A DNA stretch of 64,000 nt from a bacterium (GTDB taxonomy: Bacteria > J088 > JAWLBW01), in NCBI GenBank assembly GCA_041690355.1, contig JAWLHK010000001.1:124001-188000 (forward strand), given 5' to 3'. Numbering within the stretch: position 1 is the stretch's first letter; every line of letters begins with the position of its first letter. The translations under genes were made by a program, and so were the position numbers. This document shows positions 27,754-37,508 of this stretch, in pieces. The notes below the pieces were generated by a model. That model ran no database searches and was not told where the DNA came from. It saw nothing but the letters and a program-made list of their open reading frames with translations.

Positions 27754-28551
27754 ATGACCGTCTCAACCCTTCCCCAAGTCCAGGTGCCGCCCGCCGCCAA
27801 GCCCGTGGCGTGGAAAACGGCCATCGTCGTGGGCGCATCTTCGGGCATCGGCGCCGCGCTCGTACGGCGCCTGGCCCGCGGCGGATGCCGGGTGGCCGCC
27901 GTGGCCCGCCGCGGAGACCTGCTGCAGACCCTCGCGGTCGAGCTCCGGGCCGAAACCGGCGAAGACCGCGTCCTTCCCATCGCGCATGACGTGCACGACG
28001 CCGAGTCCGTCGCAGCTCTCTTTCAGCGGGTCACCGCCGATCTCGGCGGCCTCGACGCGATCTTCTACGCGGCCGGCGTCATGCCGCGCATGGAAGAGAC
28101 CGACTACGACGTCGCCCGCGAGCGCGAGATGATGCTCGTGAACACGGTCGGCGCCATGGCCTGGCTGGGGCCCGCCGCCGAACGGTTCGGCCGGGCCGGC
28201 CGCGGCACGCTGGTGGCCGTCTCGAGCATCGCCGGTGAACGCGGGCGCCGCGCGAACCCGGCCTACTGTGCCAGCAAGGCCGCGCTGAATACCTATGTCG
28301 AGGGGCTGCGGAACCGTGTGGCGCGACTCGGCGTCAAGGTGGTCACCATCAAGCCCGGCTTCGTCGACACCGGCATGACGGCGGGCCTCGACGGCCTGCT
28401 CTGGCTCATCTCGGCCGACGAAGCCGCCGATCGCATCGTGCGCGCGGCCGAGAAGGGGCGTCTCGCCGCCTTCGTCCCCGGGCGCTGGGCGCTCGTGGCC
28501 CTGGTGATCCGCAACATTCCGTCGCGCATCTTCCGCTACATGAAAATCTGA
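27754..28551 (+). CDS. SDR oxidoreductase (DprE2-like)
   Basis: GASSGIG, SSIAGERGR, YCASKA, IKPGFVDT; start at ATG 27754. Confidence 0.85.
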   Translation: MTVSTLPQVQVPPAAKPVAWKTAIVVGASSGIGAALVRRLARGGCRVAAVARRGDLLQTLAVELRAETGEDRVLPIAHDVHDAESVAALFQRVTADLGGLDAIFYAAGVMPRMEETDYDVAREREMMLVNTVGAMAWLGPAAERFGRAGRGTLVAVSSIAGERGRRANPAYCASKAALNTYVEGLRNRVARLGVKVVTIKPGFVDTGMTAGLDGLLWLISADEAADRIVRAAEKGRLAAFVPGRWALVALVIRNIPSRIFRYMKI

Positions 28552-28567
28552 GGACGCGGGCATCGGC

Positions 28568-30001
28568 ATGGAGAAAACCATCGTCGCGACCCCGCTGCTC
28601 CCGACCGACCGCCTCGAGCCGATCGACGGCTGGGGCATGGCCGTGCAGAGCATGGGCTACGTGTACCGACCCTCGACAATCGACGGCATCCGCGAGGTGT
28701 TCCGCCTCGCGCAGAACCACCGCAGGCCGGTCGTACTCCGGGGGAGCGGGCGAAGCTACGGCGACGCGGCCCTGAAGGGCGAGGCCATCGTGCTCGACCT
28801 CACGCGCTTCTGCCGCATTCTCGCCTGGGATCCGCAGACGGGGATCGTCACGGCCGAAGCCGGCCTTACCCTCGGCGATCTCTGGCAGTATGTGGTCGGC
28901 GACGGCTGGTGGCCGCCGGTGGTTTCGGGAACGATGCACCCGACGCTCGGCGGCGCGGCCGGCGCGAACATCCACGGCAAGAACAACTACCGCATGGGCC
29001 CCATCGGCGAGCACATTCTCGCCTTCGATCTGCTCACGCCCGCCGGCGACATTCTGCGCTGCAGCCGCGACGAAAACGCCGACGTCTTTCACGCGGCCAT
29101 CGGCGGCTTCGGCATGCTGGGGTGCTTTCTGCACATCACGCTGCAGCTGAAGAAGGTCTATTCGGGCGATCTGGAAGTGCGCCCGATCTCCTGCGCGTCG
29201 CTGCGCGAGATAATGACCGTCATGGCCCGCCGCGCCCCCGAGACCGATTACATCGTCGGCTGGGTCGACTGTTTCGCGAAAGGCGAAGCGCTCGGACGCG
29301 GCATCATCCACGAGGCCGACTATCTGCACGAAGGTGACGACCCTGTGCCGGCGCAGACCCTGCGGCTCGAACACCAGAGCCTCCCCGACACCTTTCTCGG
29401 CTTCCTCCCGAAAAGCATGCTGTGGATGGGGCTCAAGGTCTGGCTGCACGATCTCGGCATGCGCTTCGTGAACTGGGCGAAGTACGTCGCCGGGCGGATC
29501 CAGACGAAGCCCTATCGTCAGTCGCACGCAGGATATCACTTTCTGCTCGACTACGTGCCCAACTGGAAGCGCGCCTATCTGCCGGGCGGACTGATCCAGT
29601 ACCAGAGCTTCGTCCCGAAGGAAAAGGCGCTCGAAGTCTTCACGTACCAGATCGAAACTGCGCGGCGGTGGAAACTTCCGGCGTACCTGGGGGTGCTCAA
29701 GCGGCACCGCCCCGATCCGTTCCTCCTGTCGCATGCGGTGGATGGATTCTCCTTCGCCCTCGACTTCCGCGTTACGCGGCGCAACCGGGAACGGCTGTGG
29801 CAGCTTGCCGCCGACCTGAACCGCGCCGTCGTGGCCGCGGGCGGGCGCTTCTATCTCGCCAAGGACGCGACGCTCGATGCGCAGAGTTTTCAGGCGTCCC
29901 TCTCCGCCGAAAGTTTCGAACGCTTCCGCGCTCTGAAGGATCGGCTCGATCCGGAAGGGATCCTGCAGAGCGCGGCCATGAAGCGCCTTGGGCTGATCTG
30001 A
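28568..30001 (+). CDS. FAD-dependent oxidoreductase (DprE1-like)
   Basis: RGSGRSYGDAA, TLGGA..ANIHGKN, QYQ.FVP, GGRFYLAKD. Confidence 0.88.
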   Translation: MEKTIVATPLLPTDRLEPIDGWGMAVQSMGYVYRPSTIDGIREVFRLAQNHRRPVVLRGSGRSYGDAALKGEAIVLDLTRFCRILAWDPQTGIVTAEAGLTLGDLWQYVVGDGWWPPVVSGTMHPTLGGAAGANIHGKNNYRMGPIGEHILAFDLLTPAGDILRCSRDENADVFHAAIGGFGMLGCFLHITLQLKKVYSGDLEVRPISCASLREIMTVMARRAPETDYIVGWVDCFAKGEALGRGIIHEADYLHEGDDPVPAQTLRLEHQSLPDTFLGFLPKSMLWMGLKVWLHDLGMRFVNWAKYVAGRIQTKPYRQSHAGYHFLLDYVPNWKRAYLPGGLIQYQSFVPKEKALEVFTYQIETARRWKLPAYLGVLKRHRPDPFLLSHAVDGFSFALDFRVTRRNRERLWQLAADLNRAVVAAGGRFYLAKDATLDAQSFQASLSAESFERFRALKDRLDPEGILQSAAMKRLGLI

Positions 30002-30004
30002 CCC

Positions 30005-31219
30005 GTGCTCCCTCCCATCGGCGACTATCCGGAATCCATGGAGGCCTGGTGGCTCGACCGCGCCCGCATGGCCCTGGGCTACGCAGAAGACGACGCCCTG
30101 CTGCGCGGACTCGAAAAGGATGCCGGCCGCCTGAGCGACCTCTTCACGACGGATCGCAAGGCCGACTTCGGCGGCTACGGCGAGAACGAGCGAATGCTGC
30201 TCGCCTACGGTCTCTTCTACTTTCCGCAGACCTTCCAGCGCATCCGGTATCCGCTGCGGGAGCTCCTTTTCCGCACCGGTTGGCAACCGGCGGGGGGAAC
30301 CATCCGCGGCCTGGAACTTGGCGCGGGGACCGGCGGCGCGCTGCTCGGCGCCGTCGATTATCTTGCCGCCGCGTTCCCCGAGGCGGCCATCGAAGCGCAA
30401 GCCGTCGATCGGTCGCGCGGCAGCCTGGCGCTTCTGTCCGACCTGACGCGCGAGCTGCGAGACCGGTGGCCGCGTGCAACGTTCCGCACATCGGTGGGAG
30501 ACATGCGCACCGAGCCGGCCTGGCCGCCGGAAGGCTTCGATTTCATCCTCGCGAGTTTCTCCCTGGGCGAAGCCTTCCTCGAAGATCAGCAGGATCGCGG
30601 ATTCCACCAGTGGATTACGGCGATCCGCTCGCGGCTGCGCCCGGGCGGATGGCTGCTGCTGGTCGAGCCCGCGCTGAAAGTGACCAGCGAACGCCTGGAG
30701 CGCCTTCGCGATCAGGTCGCGCAGGAAAACCACTGGCGCATCGTGGCCCCCTGCCTGCACCGGGAGTCCTGCCCGCTGCTCCCCTCGGGTGAGCACTGGT
30801 GTCATGAAGTGCGCAGCTGGGATCCGCCGCGCAGCGTCGTGCTGCTGAACCGCCACCTGGCCCGCTCCATCCAGACCCTGAAGTACAGCTTTCTCGCCCT
30901 CACGGCCGCCGCAGAGGTCCCCGCCGGTGAACCCGCGGAGGCAAATTCCGACCGCTTCCGCCTCATCTCGCCCGTCGCCGAAGTGAAGGGGCGCCTGATC
31001 GCCGCCGGTTGCGCCGCCGACGGCCGGCGGTACACGTACGAAATTCCCACGCGCCATCTCAGCCGGGAAGACAGGAAACGGCTGCTCGCGTGGGATCGGG
31101 GCGACATCGTCTCGGGTCCCTTCGTTCCCCTCGGCGACGGAACGGTCCGGAGGCTGAACGGAACACCGGAGGATCTGCGACACGAATCGGCGCAGCACAC
31201 CGGGAACCCGAGCGCTTGA
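30005..31219 (+). CDS. Rsm22/METTL17-like SAM methyltransferase
   Basis: ELGAGTG, LLLVEPA, APCLH...CP.....WCH, LKYSFL; GTG start. Confidence 0.8.
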   Translation: MLPPIGDYPESMEAWWLDRARMALGYAEDDALLRGLEKDAGRLSDLFTTDRKADFGGYGENERMLLAYGLFYFPQTFQRIRYPLRELLFRTGWQPAGGTIRGLELGAGTGGALLGAVDYLAAAFPEAAIEAQAVDRSRGSLALLSDLTRELRDRWPRATFRTSVGDMRTEPAWPPEGFDFILASFSLGEAFLEDQQDRGFHQWITAIRSRLRPGGWLLLVEPALKVTSERLERLRDQVAQENHWRIVAPCLHRESCPLLPSGEHWCHEVRSWDPPRSVVLLNRHLARSIQTLKYSFLALTAAAEVPAGEPAEANSDRFRLISPVAEVKGRLIAAGCAADGRRYTYEIPTRHLSREDRKRLLAWDRGDIVSGPFVPLGDGTVRRLNGTPEDLRHESAQHTGNPSA

Positions 31220-31305
31220 CTGCCCTGTAGCGCCGCGATACAGTAAGCGGCGATTCGTGACGCCTGAATTCCCAGGCCGCACCCTACCCCTGCTGAGCTA
31301 ATCCT

Positions 31306-32274
31306 ATGCGATCCTCCTCCCGTTTCGGCGTCGGCCTTGCGCTGACCGTCGTTCTCTCCGCTTGCTCGCCCAGCCTGCGCGCCGCGCCTGAAGTGAAGGC
31401 GCCGCAGACGGCCGAAGCCATCGAGCGCGGCCGCTATCTCGTCAACGCCGTGGCCGCCTGCGCGGGATGCCACAGCGAGCGCGACTTCTCGATTCCCGGC
31501 GGTCCCGCGAAAGCCGGTCAGGAACTCGCGGGCGGCGCCGTCTGGTCAGCCGAAACCATGCAGATGAACGGCGAAGGCTTCCCCGGCGTCGTGCATGCGG
31601 GCAACCTGACCCAGCACGAAGAAGGCCTGGCCGCGTGGACCGACGGCGAAATCCTGCGCGCCCTGCGCGAAGGGGTGAACAAGGACGGCGAGGCCATCGC
31701 GCCGCCGATGCCGTGGACGAATTACCGCATGATGTCGGACGAAGACGCGCTGGCGATCATCGCCTATCTGCGCACGGTGGAACCGAAGCAGGGCCCGGCC
31801 AAGATCAAGGCCGACCTGGACTTCCCGCTCAGCCTGTTTCTGAACTCGATGCCCGAACCGCTCGAAGCGAGCGTGCCCGCGCCCGCGACCGACCCGGTCT
31901 CGCAGGGACGCTATCTCGCCCATATCGGGTCCTGCGTCGACTGCCATTCGCCCATGGTTCGCGGCCAGTTCGTCGAGGGCGAGGAGTTCACCGGCGGCGT
32001 GATCATCAGCGAGCACGGCCTGACCTCGATCTCGGCGAACCTCACGCCCGACAAGGAAACCGGAATCGGCAACGTGACCGAGGCGCAGTGGATCCGGATG
32101 ATCCGCGAGGGCAAGACCTCGAAGGGGAGCGACATGAGCGCCATCATGCCGTGGGTGGAATACCGCCACATGAGCGACGCCGACCTGAAGGCGCTCTACG
32201 CGTTCTTCCAGTCCCTCGCGCCGGTCCAGAAGGACACAGGCGTTCTGCTGGCGGAATTCCAGGCGGACCGGTAA
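31306..32274 (+). CDS. Diheme c-type cytochrome (probable lipoprotein)
   Basis: CAGCH and CVDCH, each followed by NLT and MPW; lipobox LSAC. Confidence 0.9.
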   Translation: MRSSSRFGVGLALTVVLSACSPSLRAAPEVKAPQTAEAIERGRYLVNAVAACAGCHSERDFSIPGGPAKAGQELAGGAVWSAETMQMNGEGFPGVVHAGNLTQHEEGLAAWTDGEILRALREGVNKDGEAIAPPMPWTNYRMMSDEDALAIIAYLRTVEPKQGPAKIKADLDFPLSLFLNSMPEPLEASVPAPATDPVSQGRYLAHIGSCVDCHSPMVRGQFVEGEEFTGGVIISEHGLTSISANLTPDKETGIGNVTEAQWIRMIREGKTSKGSDMSAIMPWVEYRHMSDADLKALYAFFQSLAPVQKDTGVLLAEFQADR

Positions 32275-32297
32275 GGCCGGGCACGATTTCACATGCG

Positions 32298-32329
32298 AAG
32301 GGCCGCGTCGAAAGACGCGGCCTTTTTTC
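32298..32329. terminator. Terminator hairpin
   Basis: aagggccgcgtc-gaaa-gacgcggccttttttc. Confidence 0.85.
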
Positions 32330-33107
32330 ATTCCGTATGTGAGGGGGGCGTGAACCGCGCCACCGCGCAGGTAATTTCGCCATCCTGCTTCACGAGGCGC
32401 ACCGTGTGCGCGCCGTCGAGGGAATCCACGTACGACTCCATAGCCTCGCCCTGGAATCCGGGACGCTGATACCAGATTTCGATTTTCCCCAGCGGACCGA
32501 AGACCACCCCGGCATCCGCGAGCGCGTTCTCGGCGCGCGCCACCCAGGCCATGGAGTTGACGTGCTGGTTCAGGTCGGTTTCGCGCGGCGCCCAGCGAAA
32601 GCCGTTGATGCGCTCGCCGGCGCCGGCCGGAACGGCGGGGATGGCCGGAAACACCCGATCGACCGGCGCGGCTTCGGGGGGCGGCGTCGTGATGGTCGCC
32701 GGCTTCTTTCCCGGCGCCATGTTGAACCAGAGCCAGTTCGACTCCAGGCGCGCCGCGGTTTCTCCCGCTTCGTTCTCGATCGAGAGGCGATCGACGGCGC
32801 CGTACCGCGGTTCTCCACGGGGATGCGGATGCCGCCCAAGGATCCCCTCCGCGACCACCGTCACGGCGTCGCGCGGCATGAACCGTACCGGAAAGACCTC
32901 GATGGTCAGATACGTGACGACGGCGCCGAGGTGATACCGCTCGAAATAGGCGGAATGGCTCATCCCCAGCGCCTGCGTGAACCAGCGCTCGTACGACTCG
33001 TCGCCGAAGCGATAGATCTCGGGTCCCTTCAGAAAGCGCTCCTGATGCAGGGACTCGAACGGGACGCGCTGCGGGGTGCGGATGGCCTCGTCGGTATCGT
33101 AACGCAT
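32328..33107 (-). CDS. Acyl-ACP thioesterase-like double hot-dog protein
   Basis: ETDLNQHVNS..W and S.W.WFN motifs; start trimmed to ATG 33107. Confidence 0.75.
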   Translation of the reverse strand: MRYDTDEAIRTPQRVPFESLHQERFLKGPEIYRFGDESYERWFTQALGMSHSAYFERYHLGAVVTYLTIEVFPVRFMPRDAVTVVAEGILGRHPHPRGEPRYGAVDRLSIENEAGETAARLESNWLWFNMAPGKKPATITTPPPEAAPVDRVFPAIPAVPAGAGERINGFRWAPRETDLNQHVNSMAWVARAENALADAGVVFGPLGKIEIWYQRPGFQGEAMESYVDSLDGAHTVRLVKQDGEITCAVARFTPPSHTE

Positions 33108-33257
33108 CTGAGCACGATAGCAGACGGGCCGCAAGCGTTGCCAGCATGTGCCCCCACGGGGACAACCCTGGGGAAGGAGGGCTTTCCCAGCGGGTGCGGG
33201 CGCAGGGTCTGTTTCCCCACGGCCTGAGCATGATATCGGTGACAAGTCTCACCATGG

Positions 33258-33292
33258 TTGACAGGTAGAAAAATTTACACCATGATATAAGC
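33258..33292 (+). promoter_or_regulatory. vapBC promoter (probably leaderless) with a palindrome in the spacer
   Basis: TTGACA-17 nt-CATGAT-6 nt-ATG; imperfect palindrome gtagaaaaatttac. Confidence 0.65.
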
Positions 33293-33547
33293 ATGGCTTT
33301 GAACATCAAGAACCGCGAAGTCGAGTCCCTGGTTGACGAGGTGGCCCGTATGACGGGCGAATCGAAGACGACAGCGGTACTCGGCGCATTGCGCGAAAAA
33401 CGCGATCGCCTTGCGGCCCAACGGAGCAGACGTGCAGCTTTGGACGAGGTGCGGGCCTTCCTTGAAGAAGAGGTCTGGTCACTGCCGAACGTAGGAAACC
33501 TGCCCTCCGACGACGACGTGCTGGGTTTCGGACCCTCCGGCGCATGA
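33293..33547 (+). CDS. vapB: VapB-type antitoxin (Rv0623-like)
   Basis: MALNIKN.EV..L..E.A..TGESKT.AV..ALRE; ATGA overlap with vapC. Confidence 0.9.
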   Translation: MALNIKNREVESLVDEVARMTGESKTTAVLGALREKRDRLAAQRSRRAALDEVRAFLEEEVWSLPNVGNLPSDDDVLGFGPSGA

Positions 33548-33936
33548 TCATTGACACATCCGCGGTCGTCGCTGTGTTCCTAAAGGAGCCCGAAGCGGAG
33601 TGGTTTCTGGAACGGTTGTCTCAAACCGAATCTCTCAGCATCTCTACCGGCACGTTGCTTGAATGCGGCATTGTCCTTTCGCACCGTAAGCAGCGGAACA
33701 TGCAGCACGCGCTCCAGCATTACCTGCTGAACTTCGGCGTTGATGAAGTCCCCTTTTCGCCGGCGCACCGTCAGGAAGCCATGCGGGCGTGGTGGCGTTA
33801 CGGAAAAGGCCGGCATGTGGCGGCGCTGAACTTCGGCGACTGCATCGCCTACGCCACGGCCCGGTTCGCCGATCGGCCCCTCCTTTGCAAGGGGGACGAT
33901 TTCGCGAAGACCGATCTGGAAATCATCCGGCCATAG
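33544..33936 (+). CDS. vapC: VapC PIN-domain toxin
   Basis: MIIDTSA, YGKGRH.A.LNFGDC..YA.A, LL.KG.DF.KTD. Confidence 0.95.
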   Translation: MIIDTSAVVAVFLKEPEAEWFLERLSQTESLSISTGTLLECGIVLSHRKQRNMQHALQHYLLNFGVDEVPFSPAHRQEAMRAWWRYGKGRHVAALNFGDCIAYATARFADRPLLCKGDDFAKTDLEIIRP

Positions 33937-33949
33937 ATCAACGGTTCTA

Positions 33950-34651
33950 TCAGCCGCCGCCGGAGCGCACGGCGGGAACCAGATTGCCGCCGAAGCGGAT
34001 GCGGATCTCGCGGATGGCCGCCGAGGCCTCGGGGTGCGCCTGTTCGAGATAGCGGCGCACGAGGGTCTCGAGCTGGGCGCGGGCGTCCCGCTCGCCCAGC
34101 ACGCGATTGCTCACCCCGCGCCCCTTGGCCCGCAGGTCGTCCATGACCCGTTCGCGGAACCGGCGCTCCACATCCCGGCCGGAGTGACGCGCCGAGCGGG
34201 CCCAGCCGACTTCGACCTCCTTGACCAGCTTGCCCAGATCGGCTTCGACGCTCACGAGCATCAAGGGAGGAAATGCGACCTCGAGCACGCCCGCCTCGAC
34301 CTGCAGCGTGAAGTCGATGGGATGCTCGGCCGAAAGGTCAACGCCGTACAGGTAGCGCACGGGCACGGTGTACTGCAGCGAGGTCTCGCCGAGGTCGATC
34401 CCCATCCACTCCTTCTCGCTCGCGTAGGCGCCGGTCACCGTCATGTCGACCTGGGCGAGCACGAGCTCGGCCCGGCGGGCGATGCCGTTGACCTCGAGAA
34501 AGAGAGAAACCTCGTCCCGGTACTGCGCGCGCAGGCGGTCCATCAGCGAAGCCACGGCGCGTTGCGGGGCGTCGGCCGCCCACCGCCAACCCGCCACGCC
34601 GGCGACGACGAGCAGGGCGAGCAGAATCATGGCCGTCAGGAACTTGCGCAT
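33950..34651 (-). CDS. DUF4230-like membrane-anchored protein
   Basis: N-terminal TM helix; motifs YGVDLS and V.FPP; helical C-terminus. Confidence 0.6.
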   Translation of the reverse strand: MRKFLTAMILLALLVVAGVAGWRWAADAPQRAVASLMDRLRAQYRDEVSLFLEVNGIARRAELVLAQVDMTVTGAYASEKEWMGIDLGETSLQYTVPVRYLYGVDLSAEHPIDFTLQVEAGVLEVAFPPLMLVSVEADLGKLVKEVEVGWARSARHSGRDVERRFRERVMDDLRAKGRGVSNRVLGERDARAQLETLVRRYLEQAHPEASAAIREIRIRFGGNLVPAVRSGGG

Positions 34652-34735
34652 GCCGACAGCTTATCATCTGCGCACTCTGCCCGGCATCTCAAGGAATCGG
34701 AGACGAAGCCGGGCTGAGCCGAACCCGCATCAGGC

Positions 34736-35623
34736 CTACCGCTCGGCCAGCAGTTCGTCGACCAGCCGCTGCACTTCTTTCTGCACGTGGTCGCGCACTC
34801 GCTGGCGGTACTTCTCGCGGCGCTCCGGATCGGTGAGCACCTGCTGCGAAGGGCGCAACCGGATCGGCTTGCCGATGCGAAAACGGATGCGAGCCGGATA
34901 CGGAAGGTACGGCCAGTAGCCTACGGTCAGCCCCCACGGCAGCGTCAGCGCGACCGGAAAGGTCTTGAGGCCGACCCATTTGCGCAGCCGAAGCTTTTCA
35001 GCGATCCCTTTTCCAGGTCGCAGCACGATCTCGGTCTCATGCCCGCCCACCGAACCGATGGGAATGATGGGGGCGCCGGTTTCGAGGGCCATGTCGACGA
35101 AGCCCGCGTGGCCGAGAAAGTCTACGCGGTTACGGTCGATCCAGCGCTTCGACATCTCCTCTTCACCGGCCGGATAGACGACGAACGGCAGGCCCGCGCG
35201 CAGGATGCGCCGCGCCGTTTCGCGGTCGGCGTCGACGGCGCCGAACTTCGCCATCAGGCGGCCGATGGGGCCGAGAAAGAACGCGATCCGGTGCGCCATG
35301 ACGTAGAGCGGCGCGCGCACCTGGTTCCACTCATAGTAGGAAGCGAACAGAACGAGATTATCCGCGAGAACGGTCATCGGGCCCCCGCCATGGTTCCCCA
35401 CGAGCAGGCAGGGCCCGTCGGGCAGGCGTTCGAGGCCGTCGACCGTGCCGCGGTAGTAGCGGTCGCGAATCGTGCGGATGACCGGCAGCGCCAGGCGTAC
35501 GAAGTCGGCGTCCCAGTTGTCGAGCGCGCGCGGGTCGAACGATCCCTTGCCGAACCGTTCGAGAAGGCGCCACCAGCGCTCATGGAGCGTGGCGTCGGTT
35601 TTCGAGGATTCTGGAGTGCGCAT
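34736..35623 (-). CDS. Lysophospholipid/diacylglycerol acyltransferase family
   Basis: LLVGNH, VYPAG..E, GFV.MAL.TGAPIIP...VG..E. Confidence 0.88.
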   Translation of the reverse strand: MRTPESSKTDATLHERWWRLLERFGKGSFDPRALDNWDADFVRLALPVIRTIRDRYYRGTVDGLERLPDGPCLLVGNHGGGPMTVLADNLVLFASYYEWNQVRAPLYVMAHRIAFFLGPIGRLMAKFGAVDADRETARRILRAGLPFVVYPAGEEEMSKRWIDRNRVDFLGHAGFVDMALETGAPIIPIGSVGGHETEIVLRPGKGIAEKLRLRKWVGLKTFPVALTLPWGLTVGYWPYLPYPARIRFRIGKPIRLRPSQQVLTDPERREKYRQRVRDHVQKEVQRLVDELLAER

Positions 35624-35739
35624 GGATTCCGATATCGGGGGTTCCGCTCGGGAGGCCGGTGCGGCCGCCTCCCTGCATCACTGTACTCAGCCGGCGCCAT
35701 GCTTGCCACCGCTCCTGCCGCTGGCTAGAATGGGACCTT

Positions 35740-36450
35740 ATGCGCAAACTCAGCTTCGCCCCGATCTCCGCCGTTGTTTCCGTGCTCCTGCTCACAAGCG
35801 CCGCCGCCGCCGCGCGCCCGGCCCCGCAGCCGCAGACCTCGCTTGCCTCGCCGGTGACGGAGACCGCGACGAAGGATGGCAAAACCGAGGGGCAGCTCTA
35901 CCTCGATACCCTCAGCCCCGAATTGCGCAAGGAGCTCGAGAAAGAGGGTCAGGTCCTGCTCGGCGAACAGGCCGAGACCGAGGGTTCCTACGGCGGGCTC
36001 ATCAAGGCGGTCGCCATTTTCACGCTCCCCAAGAACAAGGTCTGGGAGCTCACGACGGATCCGAGCAAGCAGGTGCTTTTTCTCCCGCGCCTGACGGAGT
36101 CGAAGACCGTCGAACGGCCCGAGAACGGCGAGCTCACCAAGTTTCAGCTCAAGGTGATGTGGCAGAGAATCGACTTCCGCGTGCGCCACTGGTTCTACCC
36201 CGAGATCGCGCGCATCGAGTGGGAGCTCGACAAGGAGTACGACAACGACATCGCCGGCCAGATCGGCTTCTGGCAGTTCTACCAGCTCGATGAGAACACG
36301 ACCATCGGCGAATACGGCACGCGCGTCGACACGGGAATCTCCGTCCCCAAGTTCATTCAGGACTTCTTCGCCAAACAGGACATTCCCGACGCGATGACCC
36401 AGTTCCGCAAGTACGTCAACTCCAAGGGCACTTACCGGCGCGACGACTGA
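35740..36450 (+). CDS. Secreted START/SRPBCC (cyclase-like) lipid-binding protein
   Basis: Signal peptide; VW...TD......FLP.L..S, I.W.LD, G.W.F, VP.FI. Confidence 0.7.
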   Translation: MRKLSFAPISAVVSVLLLTSAAAAARPAPQPQTSLASPVTETATKDGKTEGQLYLDTLSPELRKELEKEGQVLLGEQAETEGSYGGLIKAVAIFTLPKNKVWELTTDPSKQVLFLPRLTESKTVERPENGELTKFQLKVMWQRIDFRVRHWFYPEIARIEWELDKEYDNDIAGQIGFWQFYQLDENTTIGEYGTRVDTGISVPKFIQDFFAKQDIPDAMTQFRKYVNSKGTYRRDD

Positions 36451-36454
36451 AGTC

Positions 36455-37426
36455 ATGATCGACCTCGAACGGCTGAACAAGATCCACCTGAAGCCGAAGC
36501 CCCGCTTCCAGCGCCTGATTGCGACGTTCGGCCTCCTGCCGAACTACAACTGGCCGGGGCGAAAGACGAGCATCATCTTCGAAGGCGAAGACAACGTCCC
36601 CCGCGCGGGCGGATGCATCTTCGTCATGAACCATACCGATCGCTACAACTACTGGCCGTTCCAGTACATGCTCTGGCGCAAGGGGCTCGGCTTCACGGCC
36701 GCCTGGGTCAAGGGGAAGTATTACGAGAACCCCATGATGGCCTGGTTCATGGACGCCGCGAACAATATTCCGCTGCCCTCCAAGGGGTATGTCCTGAGCA
36801 AGGACTTCCAGCTGGCCATGCAGCGCGATCCGGAGAAGACGGAATACGAGACGCTCAAGAGCTACACCGACGGAAAGATCGATGCCGATGAGGCGGCCCG
36901 GCAGGGGGGCGAAGGGCTCCGCGAGTTTCTCGCCCGCGACTGGCCGGCGGGCAATTATGCGGACGATCTCGAAAACCGCTTCCGGGCCATGATGCAGCGG
37001 GTGCTGCAGATTACGCGCGAGGGGTTGGCGAAGGGGCTCAGCCTGCTCGTTTTTCCCCAGGGAACCCGGTCCATCACGCTGACCCGCGGCCACACGGGCG
37101 TGGCCCAGGTCGTGCTCGACACGAATGCCCCGGTCGTGCCGGTCGGCTGCAACGGCTCAGACCACGCCTATCCGGGCAGCTCACCGTTCAGCGTGGGCGG
37201 AACGATCATTTATCGCATCGGCAAGCCGCTGACCGTCGAGGGCGACCTCAAACCGTTTCGCATCAACGAGCCGTTCGTGCCGTTCACGCAGAGCGCCGAG
37301 AAGCATCACCAAACCTTCCGCAAGCTGACGGACCTGATGATGGACCGTATCAACGAGCTGCTCGACCCGCGCTATCAGTACGCGACGGATGCGCACCTGG
37401 CCAAGGGTTCAGACCGGTTTCTCTGA
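36455..37426 (+). CDS. PlsC-type acyltransferase
   Basis: MNHTD, VFPQGTRS, VVPVG..G. Confidence 0.85.
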   Translation: MIDLERLNKIHLKPKPRFQRLIATFGLLPNYNWPGRKTSIIFEGEDNVPRAGGCIFVMNHTDRYNYWPFQYMLWRKGLGFTAAWVKGKYYENPMMAWFMDAANNIPLPSKGYVLSKDFQLAMQRDPEKTEYETLKSYTDGKIDADEAARQGGEGLREFLARDWPAGNYADDLENRFRAMMQRVLQITREGLAKGLSLLVFPQGTRSITLTRGHTGVAQVVLDTNAPVVPVGCNGSDHAYPGSSPFSVGGTIIYRIGKPLTVEGDLKPFRINEPFVPFTQSAEKHHQTFRKLTDLMMDRINELLDPRYQYATDAHLAKGSDRFL

Positions 37427-37505
37427 GTTTGCCAGTTTTCAGTTCTGAGTTCTGAGTTCTGGAAACTCATGACTCATAACTCGTCACTCGTAACTCGTAA
37501 CTCGT
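37426..37505. repeat. Two adjacent heptamer arrays between convergent genes (AGTTCTG on +; ACGAGTT on -)
   Basis: agttttc agttctg x3; aactcat gactcat aactcgt cactcgt aactcgt aactcgt. Confidence 0.9.
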
Positions 37506-37508
37506 TTT

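Noticed and set aside
19136-33936. Genomic island or prophage bounded by the TA modules
   Set aside because: There is no integrase, transposase, phage gene, tRNA or att repeat, and core genes such as rnpB lie in between.
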